From Flavobacteriales bacterium (lineage in GTDB: Bacteria > Bacteroidota > Bacteroidia > Flavobacteriales_F > PHOS-HE28), in assembly GCA_016717305.1 (NCBI GenBank), contig JADKFY010000002.1, forward strand, positions 346,351 through 410,350: a stretch of DNA of 64,000 nt. The letters are read 5' to 3'. The notes under the pieces were generated by a model that was not told the DNA's origin, ran no database searches, and was given only the letters and a program-made list of their open reading frames with translations. Positions 51,965 to 63,796 of the stretch are shown piece after piece (within the stretch, counting starts at the first letter, position 1; each line of letters begins with the position of its first letter). The translations under genes and the position numbers were made by a program.

Positions 51965-53170
51965 TCAAGGTCGTTCCGCTACGCCGGAATACGCCTTTAA
52001 TGCTTCTTTGAGCACGACCACCGCCCGTTGCAGGAGGTCTTTTTCGAGCACGTAGGCCAATCGAACTTGTTTCTTGCCCGATTCGGGTTGGGCGTAGAAA
52101 CCGGTGGCAGGTGCCATCATTACGGTGTAGCCATCAAGTTGGAACGACTCCAGCAGCCATTGGCAGAAATAATCGCTATCCGCAATAGGAAGTTGGGCCA
52201 CACAATAAAATGCGCCGTTGGGTTTCGGGCATATCACTCCGGGTATACCGTTCAGTCCATTTACCAGGATATCGCGGCGTTGCACATACTCGGCGGTAAC
52301 TGCTTCGAAATAGCTTTTTGGCGTGTTGAGAGCCGCTTCCGAAGCGATCTGTCCGAAGGTCGGCGGGCTGAGGCGAGCTTGGGCGAACTTTAGCACGGCA
52401 TCGTACAATTCGGCGTTGCGAGTGATGAACGCGCCCACGCGCGCACCACACATGCTGTACCGTTTGCTCACGCTATCAATGAGCACCACTTGTTGGTCGA
52501 TGCCTTCCAGCGTCATGCAACTTATGTGCTTGGCTCCGTCATAACAGAACTCGCGGTACACTTCATCGGCAAAGAGAAAGAGGTCGTGCTCCTTCACGAT
52601 ATCGCGCAGTCGTTGGAGCTCCTCAGCACCGTAGATCCGGCCGGTTGGATTACCGGGGTTGCAGATCAGGATCCCTTTGGTGCGTGGGGTGATCAACGAC
52701 CGGAACGTGCTTATGGGGGGCAGTGCGAATCCGTCCTCAATGGTGGTGGGCAGCGGGACCACCTTCACACCTGCGGCCAATGCGAAACTGTTGTAATTGG
52801 CGTAGAACGGTTCGGGAATGATCAATTCATCGCCTGGTTCAAAACACGCCATCATACCGAACAAGAGCGCCTCACTACCGCCGTTGGTGATGATGATCTG
52901 TTCGTGGTTGATATGGATGTCGTGCTCGGCGTAATAGGAAACCAGCCCCTTTCGGTAGCTCTCGTAGCCTGCCGAGTGGCTGTATTCGATCACGGTGCGG
53001 TCCAGGTTGCGGATCGCATTGAGCGCAACCTCGGGCGAGGCGATATCCGGTTGACCGATGTTGAGGTGGATGACCTTGGTGCCTCTAAGTTTTGCCGCCT
53101 CTGCGAAGGGAACGAGCTTGCGTATCGGCGAGGCGGGCATTAAGCGCCCTTTGGTGGAAATGGATGGCAT
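51965..53170 (-). CDS. PLP-dependent aminotransferase class I/II
   Basis: Full-length fold-type-I aminotransferase with the canonical NPxNPTG region (ICNPGNPTG), a Lys-bearing SVSKRYSMCGARVG motif and a C-terminal domain. Confidence 0.85.
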   Translation of the reverse strand: MPSISTKGRLMPASPIRKLVPFAEAAKLRGTKVIHLNIGQPDIASPEVALNAIRNLDRTVIEYSHSAGYESYRKGLVSYYAEHDIHINHEQIIITNGGSEALLFGMMACFEPGDELIIPEPFYANYNSFALAAGVKVVPLPTTIEDGFALPPISTFRSLITPRTKGILICNPGNPTGRIYGAEELQRLRDIVKEHDLFLFADEVYREFCYDGAKHISCMTLEGIDQQVVLIDSVSKRYSMCGARVGAFITRNAELYDAVLKFAQARLSPPTFGQIASEAALNTPKSYFEAVTAEYVQRRDILVNGLNGIPGVICPKPNGAFYCVAQLPIADSDYFCQWLLESFQLDGYTVMMAPATGFYAQPESGKKQVRLAYVLEKDLLQRAVVVLKEALKAYSGVAERP

Positions 53171-53204
53171 GAGCTGTAAATGGGCGACGAAGATCGTGGT
53201 TATA

Positions 53205-53280
53205 AGGGAATGCTTCGACTTCGCTCAGCACAAGTGAGAAGAATGCTTCGGCTTCGCTCAGCACAAGTGAATAAATGAAT
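53205..53280. repeat. Tandem direct repeat, 2 x about 33 bp, in the intergenic region
   Basis: gaatgcttcgacttcgctcagcacaagtgagaa / gaatgcttcggcttcgctcagcacaagtgaataa, about 2 mismatches. Confidence 0.5.
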
Positions 53281-53469
53281 GTGTTCCGGGTCCCGGCTTG
53301 GTGGCCGGGATGACGGGATGACGGGAATGAATGGAGTTCAGGAATACTTCGTTGCTCTGCCCGGTTCAGTTGCGGAGATTGCCAGTACATATGTGGAAAT
53401 GCAAACTAGCCCAACGAAAAAGGCCCTTCCACCGAACGGGGAAGGGCCTTTTCACAAGGAATTGACCGA

Positions 53470-53940
53470 TCAGTTCTTTTCAACAGGGGCCATTGGGCTG
53501 GCCTCTTTTACTGGTGATGTCGGTGTTGTAGGGGCAGTTTCAACCGTGCCTTTGATGCGGATCACTTTTTCGGGCGTGTTCACGGCGTTGCTGGAAACCG
53601 TCACGCTCTTGTTGATCGGGCCGGGACGCTTGGTGTCGTACTTCACGGTGATGGTGGTCTTGGCGCCGGGCAGGATCGGTTCGGTATCGCACTTGGGCAC
53701 TGTACAGCCGCAACTGCCTTTGCAATTTGTCAGGATCAGCGGTGCATCGCCGGTGTTCGTCACCGTGAATTCGCAAGTGCCGTTCGCACCTTGTGCAATG
53801 TCACCATAGTCATGCACCTCCTTGTCGAAGGAGATCTTGGGGCCTGGGCCATTTGGATCGGGGGCTGTGGCTGGAGCGTCTTGGGCGTTTGCCGCGAACA
53901 TGGAAAAGGCAAGGCCGAGGGTAAGTAGGAACTTGTTCAT
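53470..53940 (-). CDS. DUF1573-domain secreted protein
   Basis: Signal peptide; HDYGDIAQGANGTCEFTVTNTGDAPLILTNCKGSCGCTVPKCDTEPILPGAKTTITVKYD is the characteristic DUF1573 core; Pro/Thr-rich tail. Confidence 0.75.
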   Translation of the reverse strand: MNKFLLTLGLAFSMFAANAQDAPATAPDPNGPGPKISFDKEVHDYGDIAQGANGTCEFTVTNTGDAPLILTNCKGSCGCTVPKCDTEPILPGAKTTITVKYDTKRPGPINKSVTVSSNAVNTPEKVIRIKGTVETAPTTPTSPVKEASPMAPVEKN

Positions 53941-54003
53941 GGTCTTCGTTCTTCAGAATTGGTTGTTCGTGAAAATGCAGTTATCGTGCCAAAGCGGCAA
54001 GGA

Positions 54004-54468
54004 TCAATGAGGCACTGCGGTTGGGGCCATTGGTGCGGCGGGCTTTACCGGGGAGGTAGGCGAAGAAGCCGGAGCTTCGATCATTCCTTTGATGGTGATC
54101 ACCTTGCTGGGCGCATTGGTGGCATTGCTGGTGATCGTTACGCTCTTGGCGATAGCACCAAGGCGTGAAGAATCATACTTCACCTTGATGATGCTCGTTG
54201 CTCCGGGTTTGATGGGGGCGGTTTCGCATTGGGGCACGGTGCAACCGCAACTGCCTTGGCACTGTGAAATGATCAAGGGTTGATCGCCGGTATTGGTCAC
54301 CACGAATTCGCATTCGCCATTACCGCCTTGCGTGATGGTGCCGTAGTCATGCACTTCCTTGTTCAAGGACAACATCGGTCCGGTTCCGCCAACTGGTTTC
54401 ATTTCAGGCTGGGCCATGGCCGCAAAGGAAAGGAAGCTGAGGCCAAGGGTAAGGATCACGTTTTTCAT
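54004..54468 (-). CDS. DUF1573-domain secreted protein (paralog)
   Basis: HDYGTITQGGNGECEFVVTNTGDQPLIISQCQGSCGCTVPQCETAPIKPGATSIIKVKYD; start at the internal Met MKNVILTLGLSF of track ORF 54004..54531. Confidence 0.75.
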   Translation of the reverse strand: MKNVILTLGLSFLSFAAMAQPEMKPVGGTGPMLSLNKEVHDYGTITQGGNGECEFVVTNTGDQPLIISQCQGSCGCTVPQCETAPIKPGATSIIKVKYDSSRLGAIAKSVTITSNATNAPSKVITIKGMIEAPASSPTSPVKPAAPMAPTAVPH

Positions 54469-54769
54469 GCGGTGATAAGGTTGTTTCAAGTTTGTACGAC
54501 GAAAGTAGAGAGGTCGGTTCCGCGCCATCAAGACCTTAACAGGACATTAACAGGTGGCCGACCGCCCTTCTCCCAGGGGGAGGCCCTCCCGGCAGTTGCA
54601 GTGGTCTGGTACCAACAGCTGGGTCCTTGGCGTCTTTGCGGTACGATGCTGGAATGAACGGTTCACCGGGCGGGCATTCAACTTCCGCTGTTTTGACCTT
54701 GGGACGGAGTGAAGCCTTCGGTTACTTTTGCGATCCGCCGAAAACCGGTGGTCATGGAAGCGAAGGAAG

Positions 54770-57422
54770 ATGGAAAGCAAGGAGATCCCCAAACGATTCG
54801 AGCCGGGCACGAGTGAAGCGAAGTGGTACGCGCACTGGATGCAGAAAGGCTACTTCCGCAGTGTGCCCGATGAGCGTGAGCCATACACGATCGTGATCCC
54901 GCCGCCCAATGTGACGGGTGTGCTGCACATGGGCCACATGCTAAACAACACCATCCAGGACGTGTTGGTGCGCCGTGCGCGTATGCAGGGAAAGAACGCA
55001 TGTTGGGTACCGGGCACGGACCATGCATCCATCGCCACGGAAGCCAAGGTGGTTCGTTTGTTGGGTGAACAAGGCATCAAGAAAAGTGTGATCGGTCGCG
55101 AGAAATTCTTGGAACATGCTTTTGCTTGGAAAGAGAAATACGGCGGTGTGATCCTGGAGCAGTTGAAGAAGTTGGGCGCCAGTTGCGACTGGGAGCGCAC
55201 GCGCTTCACCATGGAGCCTGACCTGAGCGAGGCGGTGATCGATGTGTTCATCGACCTGCACAAGAAAGGGTTGGTGTACCGTGGCCTGCGCATGGTGAAC
55301 TGGGATCCAGTTGCGTTGACGGCGGTGAGCGATGAAGAGGTGATCCACAAGGAGGTGAACTCGAAGTTGTACTACGTTCGGTACAAGGTCGAAGGCGCCG
55401 CAGAAGGAGTGGGTGACCATTGCTACAACGCGTCCGGAAACGATCTTAGGTGATACAGCGGTGGCGGTGCATCCGGAAGATGAACGTTATGCGCACTTGA
55501 AAGGGAAGCGCGTGTTGGTGCCCTTGTTGGATCGAAGCATCCCGATCATTTTCGATGAGTACGTGGAGCGTGAATTCGGTACCGGTGCGTTGAAGGTGAC
55601 TCCTGCACATGACGTGAATGACCAAGAGTTGGGCAAGAAGCACAAGTTGGAAACCATCGACATTCTGGAGCCGAACGGAACCTTGAGCGCAGCGGCACAA
55701 CTGTACGTTGGGGAGGACCGCTTCATCGTTCGCAAGAAGATCGTAAAGGAGCTGGAGGAGAAGGGCTTTCTGGTGAAGACGGAAGACATCAAGAACAAGG
55801 TGGGTTATAGTGAGCGCACCGATGCCGTGATCGAGCCGCGCTTGAGCTTGCAGTGGTTCGTGAAGATGAGCGAGTTGGCAAAACCGGCGTTGGACGTGGT
55901 GATGGACGGCACAGTGAAATTGCATCCGCAGAAATTCGCGAACACCTATCGCCATTGGATGGAGAACGTGCGCGATTGGTGCATCAGTCGCCAGTTGTGG
56001 TGGGGTCAACGGATCCCTGCGTGGTACAACTCGAAGGGTGATGTAGCCGTGTGCAAGACCGAGGCCGAAGCGATCACTTACTTCACTTCGAATGGACTTT
56101 CAACAGAAGGGCTGAGACAGGACGAGGATGTCATGGACACCTGGTTCAGCAGCTGGTTGTGGCCGATCAGTGTGTTCGATGGATTCAAGGATCCGAACAA
56201 TGCGGACATCAAGTACTACTACCCAACGAACGACCTTGTTACGGCACCGGAGATCCTCTTCTTCTGGGTGGCACGCATGATCATGGCGGGCAAAGAATAC
56301 CGTAACGAAGTGCCGTTCAAGAACGTGTACCTCACAGGCATCGTACGCGACAAGATCGGTCGCAAGATGAGCAAGAGCTTGGGCAATAGTCCGGACCCCT
56401 TGGAGTTGATCGAGAAGTTCGGTGCGGATGGTGTGCGCGTGGGCATGCTGCTTACATCACCTGCGGGAAATGATCTGCCGTACGACGATTCGTTGTGCGA
56501 ACAAGGACGCAACTTCAGCAACAAGATCTGGAATGCATTCCGACTCGTGAAGGGCTGGAGCGTTGATGACCGCGAGCAACCGGCGAGCAGTGCCATTGCA
56601 GTTGAATGGTTGCAAAGCAGGGTGGAACGCGCCACCACAGAGATCGATGGCTTGTTCGCGCAATTCCGGATCAGCGAAGCCTTGATGGCGACGTACAAAC
56701 TGATCTGGGACGATCTGTGCAGTTGGTATTTGGAGAGCGTGAAGACCGGCTTCGTGAAGAATGCTGAGGGCGAAGGTGTTCCTGAACCGATCGATCGCAA
56801 GACCTACGAAGCGACGGTCGCGATCTTTGGATCCGTGATGAAATTGCTCCATCCGTTCATGCCCTTCCTGAGTGAGGAGCTGTGGCATTTGCTGAGCGAG
56901 CGTAAGGAAGGTGACGATATCATCGTAGCCAGTTGGCCGAAGGGTGGTGAAGGCGATCCGCAATTGGAGAGCGAGATGCAACATGCGTTCGAGCTGGTCA
57001 CAGCAGTGCGCAATGTGCGCAATGAACGCGGCATGAGCCCGAAGACCGCGATCGAAGTGCAGGCCATGGGCACTGCTGCTATGCGAGAAGCCGCGGTCGA
57101 TGTTGCGAAGAAATTGGCGAACATCAGCGAAGTGCAAAACGTGGCGCAGGCCAAGTCCGGTTCGGTCGTGTTCCTAGTGGGCACTACGGAATATGGCGTT
57201 GACCTTGGTGGGAACATGGACACGGTGGCCGAGGTGAAGAAAGCCGAAGCTGAACTGGGCCATTTGCGCAACTTCCTATCCAGTGTGGACAAGAAGCTGA
57301 GCAACGAGCGCTTCGTGGCCGGTGCACCACCGCAGGTATTGGAGACCGAGCGCAAGAAGAAGAGCGACGCAGAGTCGAAGATCAAGGCATTGGAAGAACG
57401 GATCGGGCAGTTGGCGGGATAG
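54770..57422 (+). CDS. valS: Valyl-tRNA synthetase, open reading frame broken by a +1 frameshift near 55404-55413
   Basis: Track ORFs 54728..55453 (HIGH motif [14 protein letters not shown]) and 55413..57422 ([22 protein letters not shown] ... KMSKSLGN ... C-terminal coiled coil) together form one collinear ValRS. The junction ...[13 protein letters not shown] / VTIATTRPE shifts by one base in a GG/GGG context. Start at the internal Met ([12 protein letters not shown]). Confidence 0.85.
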
Positions 57423-57431
57423 ACTTTCCAC

Positions 57432-58955
57432 CTACGGCATGAACATCGGCGCACCCGGTCCGATGGGCAGTTCCAACAATACCCAAATGATCAGGAGCAA
57501 GCTCCAGCCGATCAGGAATACGACGGAGTAGGGGAGCATGGTGCTGATCACTGTACCGATCCCCGCTTTCTTGTCGTAACGTGCAATGAAGGCCACGATC
57601 AACGCGAAATAGCTCATCATCGGGCTGATGATGTTCGTGACGCTATCGCCAACGCGGTACGCCATCTGGGTGAATTCCGGTGAGTAGCCGAGGAGCATGA
57701 ACATGGGAATGAAGACCGGCCCCATGATCGCCCATTTTGCGGAGGCGCTGCCCATCACCATGTTGATCGTGGCGCTCACGAGCACGAAGCTCAGCATCAA
57801 GGGGATCGGTCCGAGGTCGGCGGCTTTCAGCACATCGGCACCTTTGATGGCGAGGATCAGTCCGAGGTTGGTCCAATTGAAGTAGGCAACGAACTGCGCG
57901 GCAAAGAACACGAGAACGATGTAACTGCCGAGCGTCTCCATGCTCTTGGCCATACCACCCATCACATCGCTGTCGTTCTTGAAGGTCTTGGCACCGATGC
58001 CATAAGCGATACCAGCGATCGCGGCGCTCACGAAGATCAAGGCGACGATCCCGCTCATGAATGGTGAGTGTAGCACCTCGTGTGTTTTCGGGTCGCGCAG
58101 GAAGCCCTCCGAAGGCAATAGTCCGGCAAGGATCACTGCCGTGAAAAGCAATGCAGCGACCAGTGCCCATTTCATGCCGCGCTTTTCCGCTGCGGTCGCG
58201 TTCCGCAGTTCCTCGGGTTTCTCATCGCCGGTGTATTCACCCAAGCGCGGAATGACGACACGCTCTGTTACCCACGTGCCGAGTCCCGCGATCACGAAGG
58301 TGCTCACGAACATGAAGTAGTAGTTGCATGCCGGATTCACCAAGTAGGTTGGGTCTATGATGCGTGCAGCCTCTTGGCTCAATCCGGCCAGAAGGGGGTC
58401 GATCGTGCCCAGCAGCAGGTTTGCGCTGTAGCCGCCGCTCACTCCAGCAAATGCAGCGGCGAGTCCTGCTAGCGGATGACGACCTGCGGCCAGGAAGATC
58501 ACAGCCGCTAATGGAACGAGAAGCACGTATCCGACCTCGCTGGCGGTATTGCTCATCACACCGGCAAAGACGATCACGAAAGTGAGCAGCTTCTTCGGTG
58601 AAGCCATTACAAGCGCGCGCATCACGGCGCCGATCAAGCCACTGCCTTCGGCGATCCCGATGCCGAGCATGGCTACGAGCACGGTGCCCAGCGGTGCGAA
58701 TGCTGTGAAATTCACCACCATCTTCGTAAGGATCATGTGGAGGCCTTCCACCGAAAGCAGGTTGAACGGCGTGATCGTTTCGCCGGTACCGGGGTGCAGC
58801 GCCGAGAACCCGGTCAGGCTGAACAAGCCGCTGAGCAACACCACGATGAATGCCAATAGCGCGAAGAGCGTTGCCGGGTGCGGCAAGGCGTTGCCCGCTT
58901 TCTCGATGATGGAAAGGAAGCGATCGACGCCACTGCGCTTGACTGTTTCGGCCAT
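57432..58955 (-). CDS. AbgT-family transporter (p-aminobenzoyl-glutamate / MtrF-type)
   Basis: 507 aa, about 12 TM segments; the N-terminus, overall length and hydropathy match the AbgT family. Confidence 0.8.
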   Translation of the reverse strand: MAETVKRSGVDRFLSIIEKAGNALPHPATLFALLAFIVVLLSGLFSLTGFSALHPGTGETITPFNLLSVEGLHMILTKMVVNFTAFAPLGTVLVAMLGIGIAEGSGLIGAVMRALVMASPKKLLTFVIVFAGVMSNTASEVGYVLLVPLAAVIFLAAGRHPLAGLAAAFAGVSGGYSANLLLGTIDPLLAGLSQEAARIIDPTYLVNPACNYYFMFVSTFVIAGLGTWVTERVVIPRLGEYTGDEKPEELRNATAAEKRGMKWALVAALLFTAVILAGLLPSEGFLRDPKTHEVLHSPFMSGIVALIFVSAAIAGIAYGIGAKTFKNDSDVMGGMAKSMETLGSYIVLVFFAAQFVAYFNWTNLGLILAIKGADVLKAADLGPIPLMLSFVLVSATINMVMGSASAKWAIMGPVFIPMFMLLGYSPEFTQMAYRVGDSVTNIISPMMSYFALIVAFIARYDKKAGIGTVISTMLPYSVVFLIGWSLLLIIWVLLELPIGPGAPMFMP

Positions 58956-59260
58956 GTGTTCCGAGTTGGGTGAAAGGCAAAGAAAGGAAAGTCGATCACA
59001 TCACTCTTCCTCCACTAAATGGACCAATGGATCACAGCTCCACGAATTGCTCTCGGACGAATTTCCGTTGTTCAAGGAGGTAACGATGAAATAGGAACCC
59101 GATCGCAAGAAGTATCGAGATCGCATCCACCGTTCGATCAACAGTGATCCCCTAGCTGATCCAACAACGGATCCGCTACCATAACGGAATGTCGAGAGGA
59201 GCTTGCTGGACGTTCAATTTCCGTGCTGAACTCATCCACGAACACACTTGGGGTCGAAAC

Positions 59261-61626
59261 CTACGGCAACTGCTGCAACACCACATTGGACGCAATGGAC
59301 CCACCGATATTCACCAATATCGGATCACGGTCATTGTTGATCCCGGTGTACTTAACGATTCCATCCATATTCACATCATCGCGGTAATAGCCAGTTGTGG
59401 TGTTTGATGCGATCGCTCCACCGATCCGTACGAGGATCAGGTCGCGATCATTGTTGATGCCGGTATACTTTAAGTTTCCATCGCCACGGCAATCGCCAGC
59501 CCAGAGTACCCGGCGCGTGCCAATAGTGGCTTGCGCATTGGTCCCATACGTTGTTGTTGTGGTCAAGCTGAAGTCGACCACGGTGGTCGTCGTGCTCAAT
59601 GCTCTGGATGTATTGGTCATTACCCCCAAGTGGTTGCGGTGACGAATAGCAACGCGATAGTTCCCTGCGGGTCTATTGAAGAGCACGGGGCCTGTGCCGG
59701 AGGCTGCCACTACATCGCCATCGCGTTGCACCAAAGCACTTTTGGTTGCTACTACAGCGTACGGCGATGTTGTGTTGCGCAATTCAACCACCACCCAATC
59801 CACGATCGCGTTGTTGCCGGTAACGGCGAGTGCTGCTGCGGTTGTTGTTTCGCCACCACCGCCATTCACGTAGGTGTAGCCGAGCGCGGTATAGGGCTCG
59901 GTGAAGGCAGGGTGTCGGTGATCACCACGTTGAAGGCCGTATCCGTACCGGTGTTCTGGAAGCGGATGGTGTAGTCGACCCACTCGTCCTCCTCCAAGGT
60001 CCAGCTGCTGGAACTTCCAGAAGAGGTGGTGGCGAGCTTGTCGTTGGGGTCGTAGGCACCGGTAACGATGCGCGTTACGCTTGCGCTGTTGTTGCCCAGG
60101 TCCACATCGGTGTTGGCGCTCGATACGGTCGCCGTAGCGATCAGCTCAGTCCCCAGCAGGCCCACATCCGGCGGCACTTGGAAACGCACGTTGATGGTGC
60201 GCTGTTGGAAGGCGTTCATCAGGCTGAATGCGGGGGCTGTCCAGGTAAGGGTGTTGCCCGCGATGCATGAGGGTGCGGGAATGGCGCTGAGGAAGCTGAT
60301 CAAGGGGTCGACCGTCATGGAGAGGGTGATGGTGCCCGTGGCCGCAGGCGAAAGGTTGGTGAGCGGTCATCGATTGGGCCATCTGGAATCCGGGCCGTGC
60401 CGCACCGGCGCCCATGAGCAAGCGCAGGTCGAGCGGATCGCCGGGAGCGCAGCCCACGTTGCGCGTCATGGGCGTGCCATTGCTCACCGTGGTCGTAACG
60501 GTGCAACTCTGCTCCAGCACGGGATGCTGCTCGGTGAAGGTGTAGTTGCCGAAGGGAAGCGCGATGCTGAATTGCCCGCTGGAATTGGTGTTGGTGTAGT
60601 ACGGGCCCGGCGTGACCTGGATGACCGTGTTCGGCACATTGTTCTCTCCACCGTTGTACGAGCAGTTGCCGTTGCCATCCACGTAAAGCCGACCGTTCAC
60701 CAGTCCGCAGGTGGCGCCGATGTCCTCGATCACCACCTGCACGGAATCGCGGCAAGGGGGCTGCGTTCCGTACATGGTGAACTCATCGGTGCTGACCATG
60801 GCGTAGTAGGTGCCCGGTGCCAGGTTGTTGAAGGTGATCACACTGGGCGTTTCGCTGGCCGTGAAATACGTGTTGCAGGGGGAGCCAACGAAGGTGCCAT
60901 CGGCATTCTTCAACTTGATCGGTAATCCGCTGTTCATGGGTGCGGCACCAACGGAAATGATCGCGCTACCGATCGAGGAATTGGTGCATGAACCCGTGGT
61001 GGAGAGCACCTGCAGTTCAGGAAGGTCCACCAAGGGTGGCAGGTAGATGTCGAAAGTTCCGGGGCAGCCACTGCCGTCGGTGTAGTTCACAGTGACGTTT
61101 TGCTGGGGTGCTGCACCAACGATGGTGACATCGTAGTACGAGTAGTACGTGCAGGCATCGGGCAGCTCCTGCCAGGTAGCGGCATAGCCCACCGGCTCGA
61201 AGGTGTACGGTCCTGGACCGTGCTGAGTGGCGGTCCCGGGTGGCGGAGGCATGCCGTTCTCTGTACCGGCGAAGAAGATCGCACGCGAGTAGGTTCCGGT
61301 GCAAGAATAGCCGGGCACCACTGTGGAATAGGGGTAGCTGTTCACGTTCTCGATCGTGCCCGACCCGGTAGCCTGCTCCCCCATGGCATCGGTTACCGTG
61401 ACCTGGTACGTCCCTGCCGCCAATCCAGCAAGTTGTGGCGTGTTCTCGCCCGTGCTCCACATGTAGCTGTACGGCCCAGTGCCTCCGCTCGCATAGGCGT
61501 ACATTATGCCCAGGGGCTGACCGCAAATGGCGAATCCGTTCACTAGCCATCCACTGTAAGGGCCATCAACAGGCAACCATGGAAGGCCAGCAGGAAGGTG
61601 GATGTGAGCCGCAGGTGTTTCATCAT
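59261..61626 (-). pseudogene. SprB-repeat / SdrD-B-like / DUF11-domain cell-surface protein with C-terminal dockerin-like repeats, fragmented over at least 4 reading frames
   Basis: Signal peptide MMKHLRLTSTFLLAFHGCLLMA (ORF 61543..61812). A SprB repeat (CGQPLGIMYAYASGGTGPYSYMWSTGENTPQLAGLAAGTYQVTVTDAMG) and SdrD-B-like motifs (LVNGRLYVDGNGNCSYNGGE ...) follow in ORF 60146..61576. DUF11 conserved-repeat pieces (ITLSMTVDPLISFLSAIPAPSCIAGNTLTWTAPAF ... YDPNDK ... WVDYTIRFQNTGTDTAFNVVITDTLP) sit in ORF 59866..60318. Dockerin-like repeats (GDCRGDGNLKYTGINNDRDLILVRIGG, DVNMDGIVKYTGINNDRDPILVNIGG) sit in ORF 59261..59983. One junction (about 60352-60362) is a 1-nt indel in a CC/GG context. Confidence 0.6.
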
Positions 61627-63786
61627 AGTTCGGTCTTGGTGAAGGGCATGGTGAAGGTCGGGATCATCGAACACGCGTAAAAAGTAAAGTCCGGTGACAA
61701 GTTCGCTCCGTATCGAAGGGCTTTCATCCATGGCTCTGGTGCCCTCATCAAGCAAGCGGCCATCACTGGAAAGATAGCCCACGAACAAGGGCTGGTGATC
61801 GGTGTGATCCACCGGATGAACAGTTGGTCGTTTGCCGGGTTGGGGTACGCTGGGTGGGATTGCATTATGAGCCTGGATGCCGTACTGAACTCCGCCACGA
61901 GCACGCTTGGCTCGGTGATCATGGTGGGTTGAAGTCGAAGTAGATCGGGCTGTATTCGTGATCTCGGCACCGGGTAGGAGACCGCTGCGTGGTTTTCATT
62001 CGGAAAGCGATGAAGCCTTGACTCCCCAGCAGGTCGGTCGTGCTGTCGGGTAGCAGGATGTCGGCGAAGGTGAACACCAGTTCGCGGCCGTCGCCAAAGG
62101 AAGGTACAAAGGCATGCGAAGCGGCGAGGATCTCCAGGCTTTGGATGTCGAGGTCCGCTTCGAGCTCATCCCGGATCACAACGGTGAAAGCGGTATCCGT
62201 ACCCGTGTTCTGGAACCGCACAACGTAGTCGATCCAGGTGTCGACATCAAGGAAGAACTGTTCGTTGCTGCCGGTCACGTCGGTGGTGCCGTGCTTGTCG
62301 TTGGGGTCGTAGCTTCCAGTGACGGTCCGTGTCAGTACCTTGGTGTTGTTTGCCACCGAAGTTTCGCTGCTGGAGTTCGTGGCAATGGCTGTGATCATCA
62401 ACTCTTCACCCAGGAGACCGATATCCGGTGGCAAGGTCCCGCTGATCCGAAAGCCTGCAACGAGAAGGCGGATACAACTGGGAAGTTCCACAGTCCATTT
62501 CCTCCGGTTGCCGTACCGCCATCAGAGGTGGAAACAGGATCCAGCAGAGCAGGGTAGTTCAACGATAGCGAAATCGTCCCACTTGGATACGCAGTATTGT
62601 TGCGCACCGAGCCCCCAGATGGTGAACGGGAAACCGGGCCGGAACGCGGTGGTGTGAGAGCAGCACTTCCACATCATGCGGGACGAAGCTGCTATCGGCA
62701 AGGTCGATGGTGAGTGACGGGGTTCCACCGTTCACCGTGAAAGGCACGGGCGCCAAAATTGGGCAGAGCTGTGCTTCATCCACCAATGGCTGCGCCAAGG
62801 TGTACAATCCGAAGGGCATGCCGATGAAGTAGTCGCCCTGCGCATCGGTCATGCCGTAACGCGGCCCGGGTTGCACTGTGAGGATGCGATAAGGAAGTCC
62901 CGGTTCGTCGGTATCCTGGACACAATCCTGATCGGCATCGTTGAAGATGGTCCCGGAAACGCCCCCGCATGGTGCTGCTATCTCGGGGACGTTGAAACCT
63001 CCTGCGGGATTGGTGCAATAGGGTTGCCCATCCCATCCGTTCACCCAGGAAGAGATCGTGTAATCCCCAGCTGCAAGGCCGGTGATCGCATAAGGTGTGT
63101 TCAGCGGTGGGTAGAACAACTGCTCGTTCTGCGTCGAAAAGCTGTACAGCCGCACGTAAACTAAGCCCTGCCTCCCAGCAGGGTCACGTTCATGGTGCGT
63201 TCGCTTGACCTTCGCAGGATCCCGTGATGGCGTTCACCTGCACAACGCTATTCTCCACGTTACTGACAATACTTCCCAGATCCACCTCGCCAGGGCATCC
63301 GTTGAGGTCCGCGATGGTGATCACGTTCGGAGTACTTGAACAGACCCATTCGTAACCGAAGTGGGAGGGGAACGACTGTGGCGCTTCACTATATATGTAA
63401 GGGGGTGTTCCGCTCAGTGAACTCTCGAAGACATCCACCAGCCCCATACAATTGAAAGAGCAATCCGGTTGGTACTCCATGAAGCTGCCTTCGATCGCCA
63501 GTTCGAACAGGGCCACTACGGTGGCTGAACCGTTGGCGACCCCTCCGATCGCATCCGTGACGGTCACGTCATAAGTTCCAGGCGCAAGACCGCCGATCGT
63601 TTGTGTGGTCGCTCCGGTACTCCACGAATAAGTATATGGGGGAATACCATTGGCCGGCATGGCACGGGCGCTTCCATTGTTCAAGCCGCATCGAGCGGGG
63701 AACGCTTGCATGGTAACGGTAACGCTGTGGCCAAGTGCAGCGAAAAGCAAGGCGATCAGTAAAGTGATGGATCTTGCGTGTGTCAT
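61623..63786 (-). pseudogene. SprB-repeat / SdrD-B-like / DUF11-domain T9SS cargo protein, fragmented over at least 4 reading frames
   Basis: Signal peptide MTHARSITLLIALLFAALGHS. A SprB repeat (CGLNNGSARAMPANGIPPYTYSWSTGATTQTIGGLAPGTYDVTVTDAIGG) lies in ORF 63190..63810. An SdrD-B-like segment (VSGTIFNDADQDCVQDTDEPGLPYRILTVQPGPRYGMTDAQGDYFIGMPFGLYTL) lies in ORF 62559..63155. A DUF11 segment (YDPNDKHGTTDVTGSNEQFFLDVDTWIDYVVRFQNTGTDTAFTVVIRDEL ...) lies in ORF 61919..62491. A T9SS sorting domain is split between ORF 61623..61970 (HPAYPNPANDQLFIRW) and ORF 61543..61812 (... LVTGLYFLRVFDD). The frame carrying the garbled last residues (...FTKTEL*, ORF 61623..61970) stops with TGA at 61623-61625, overlapping the ATG (61626-61624) of the next gene's MMKHLRL signal peptide (ATGA). 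Confidence 0.6.
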
Positions 63787-63796
63787 CAGTGTGGAT

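Noticed and set aside
61540-61580. Exact base position of the frameshift between the signal peptide and the SprB repeat of the downstream SprB-like gene
   Set aside because: My hand indexing of this line disagreed with the ORF-track coordinates by 1 nt, so I report only the approximate region and rely on the track coordinates.
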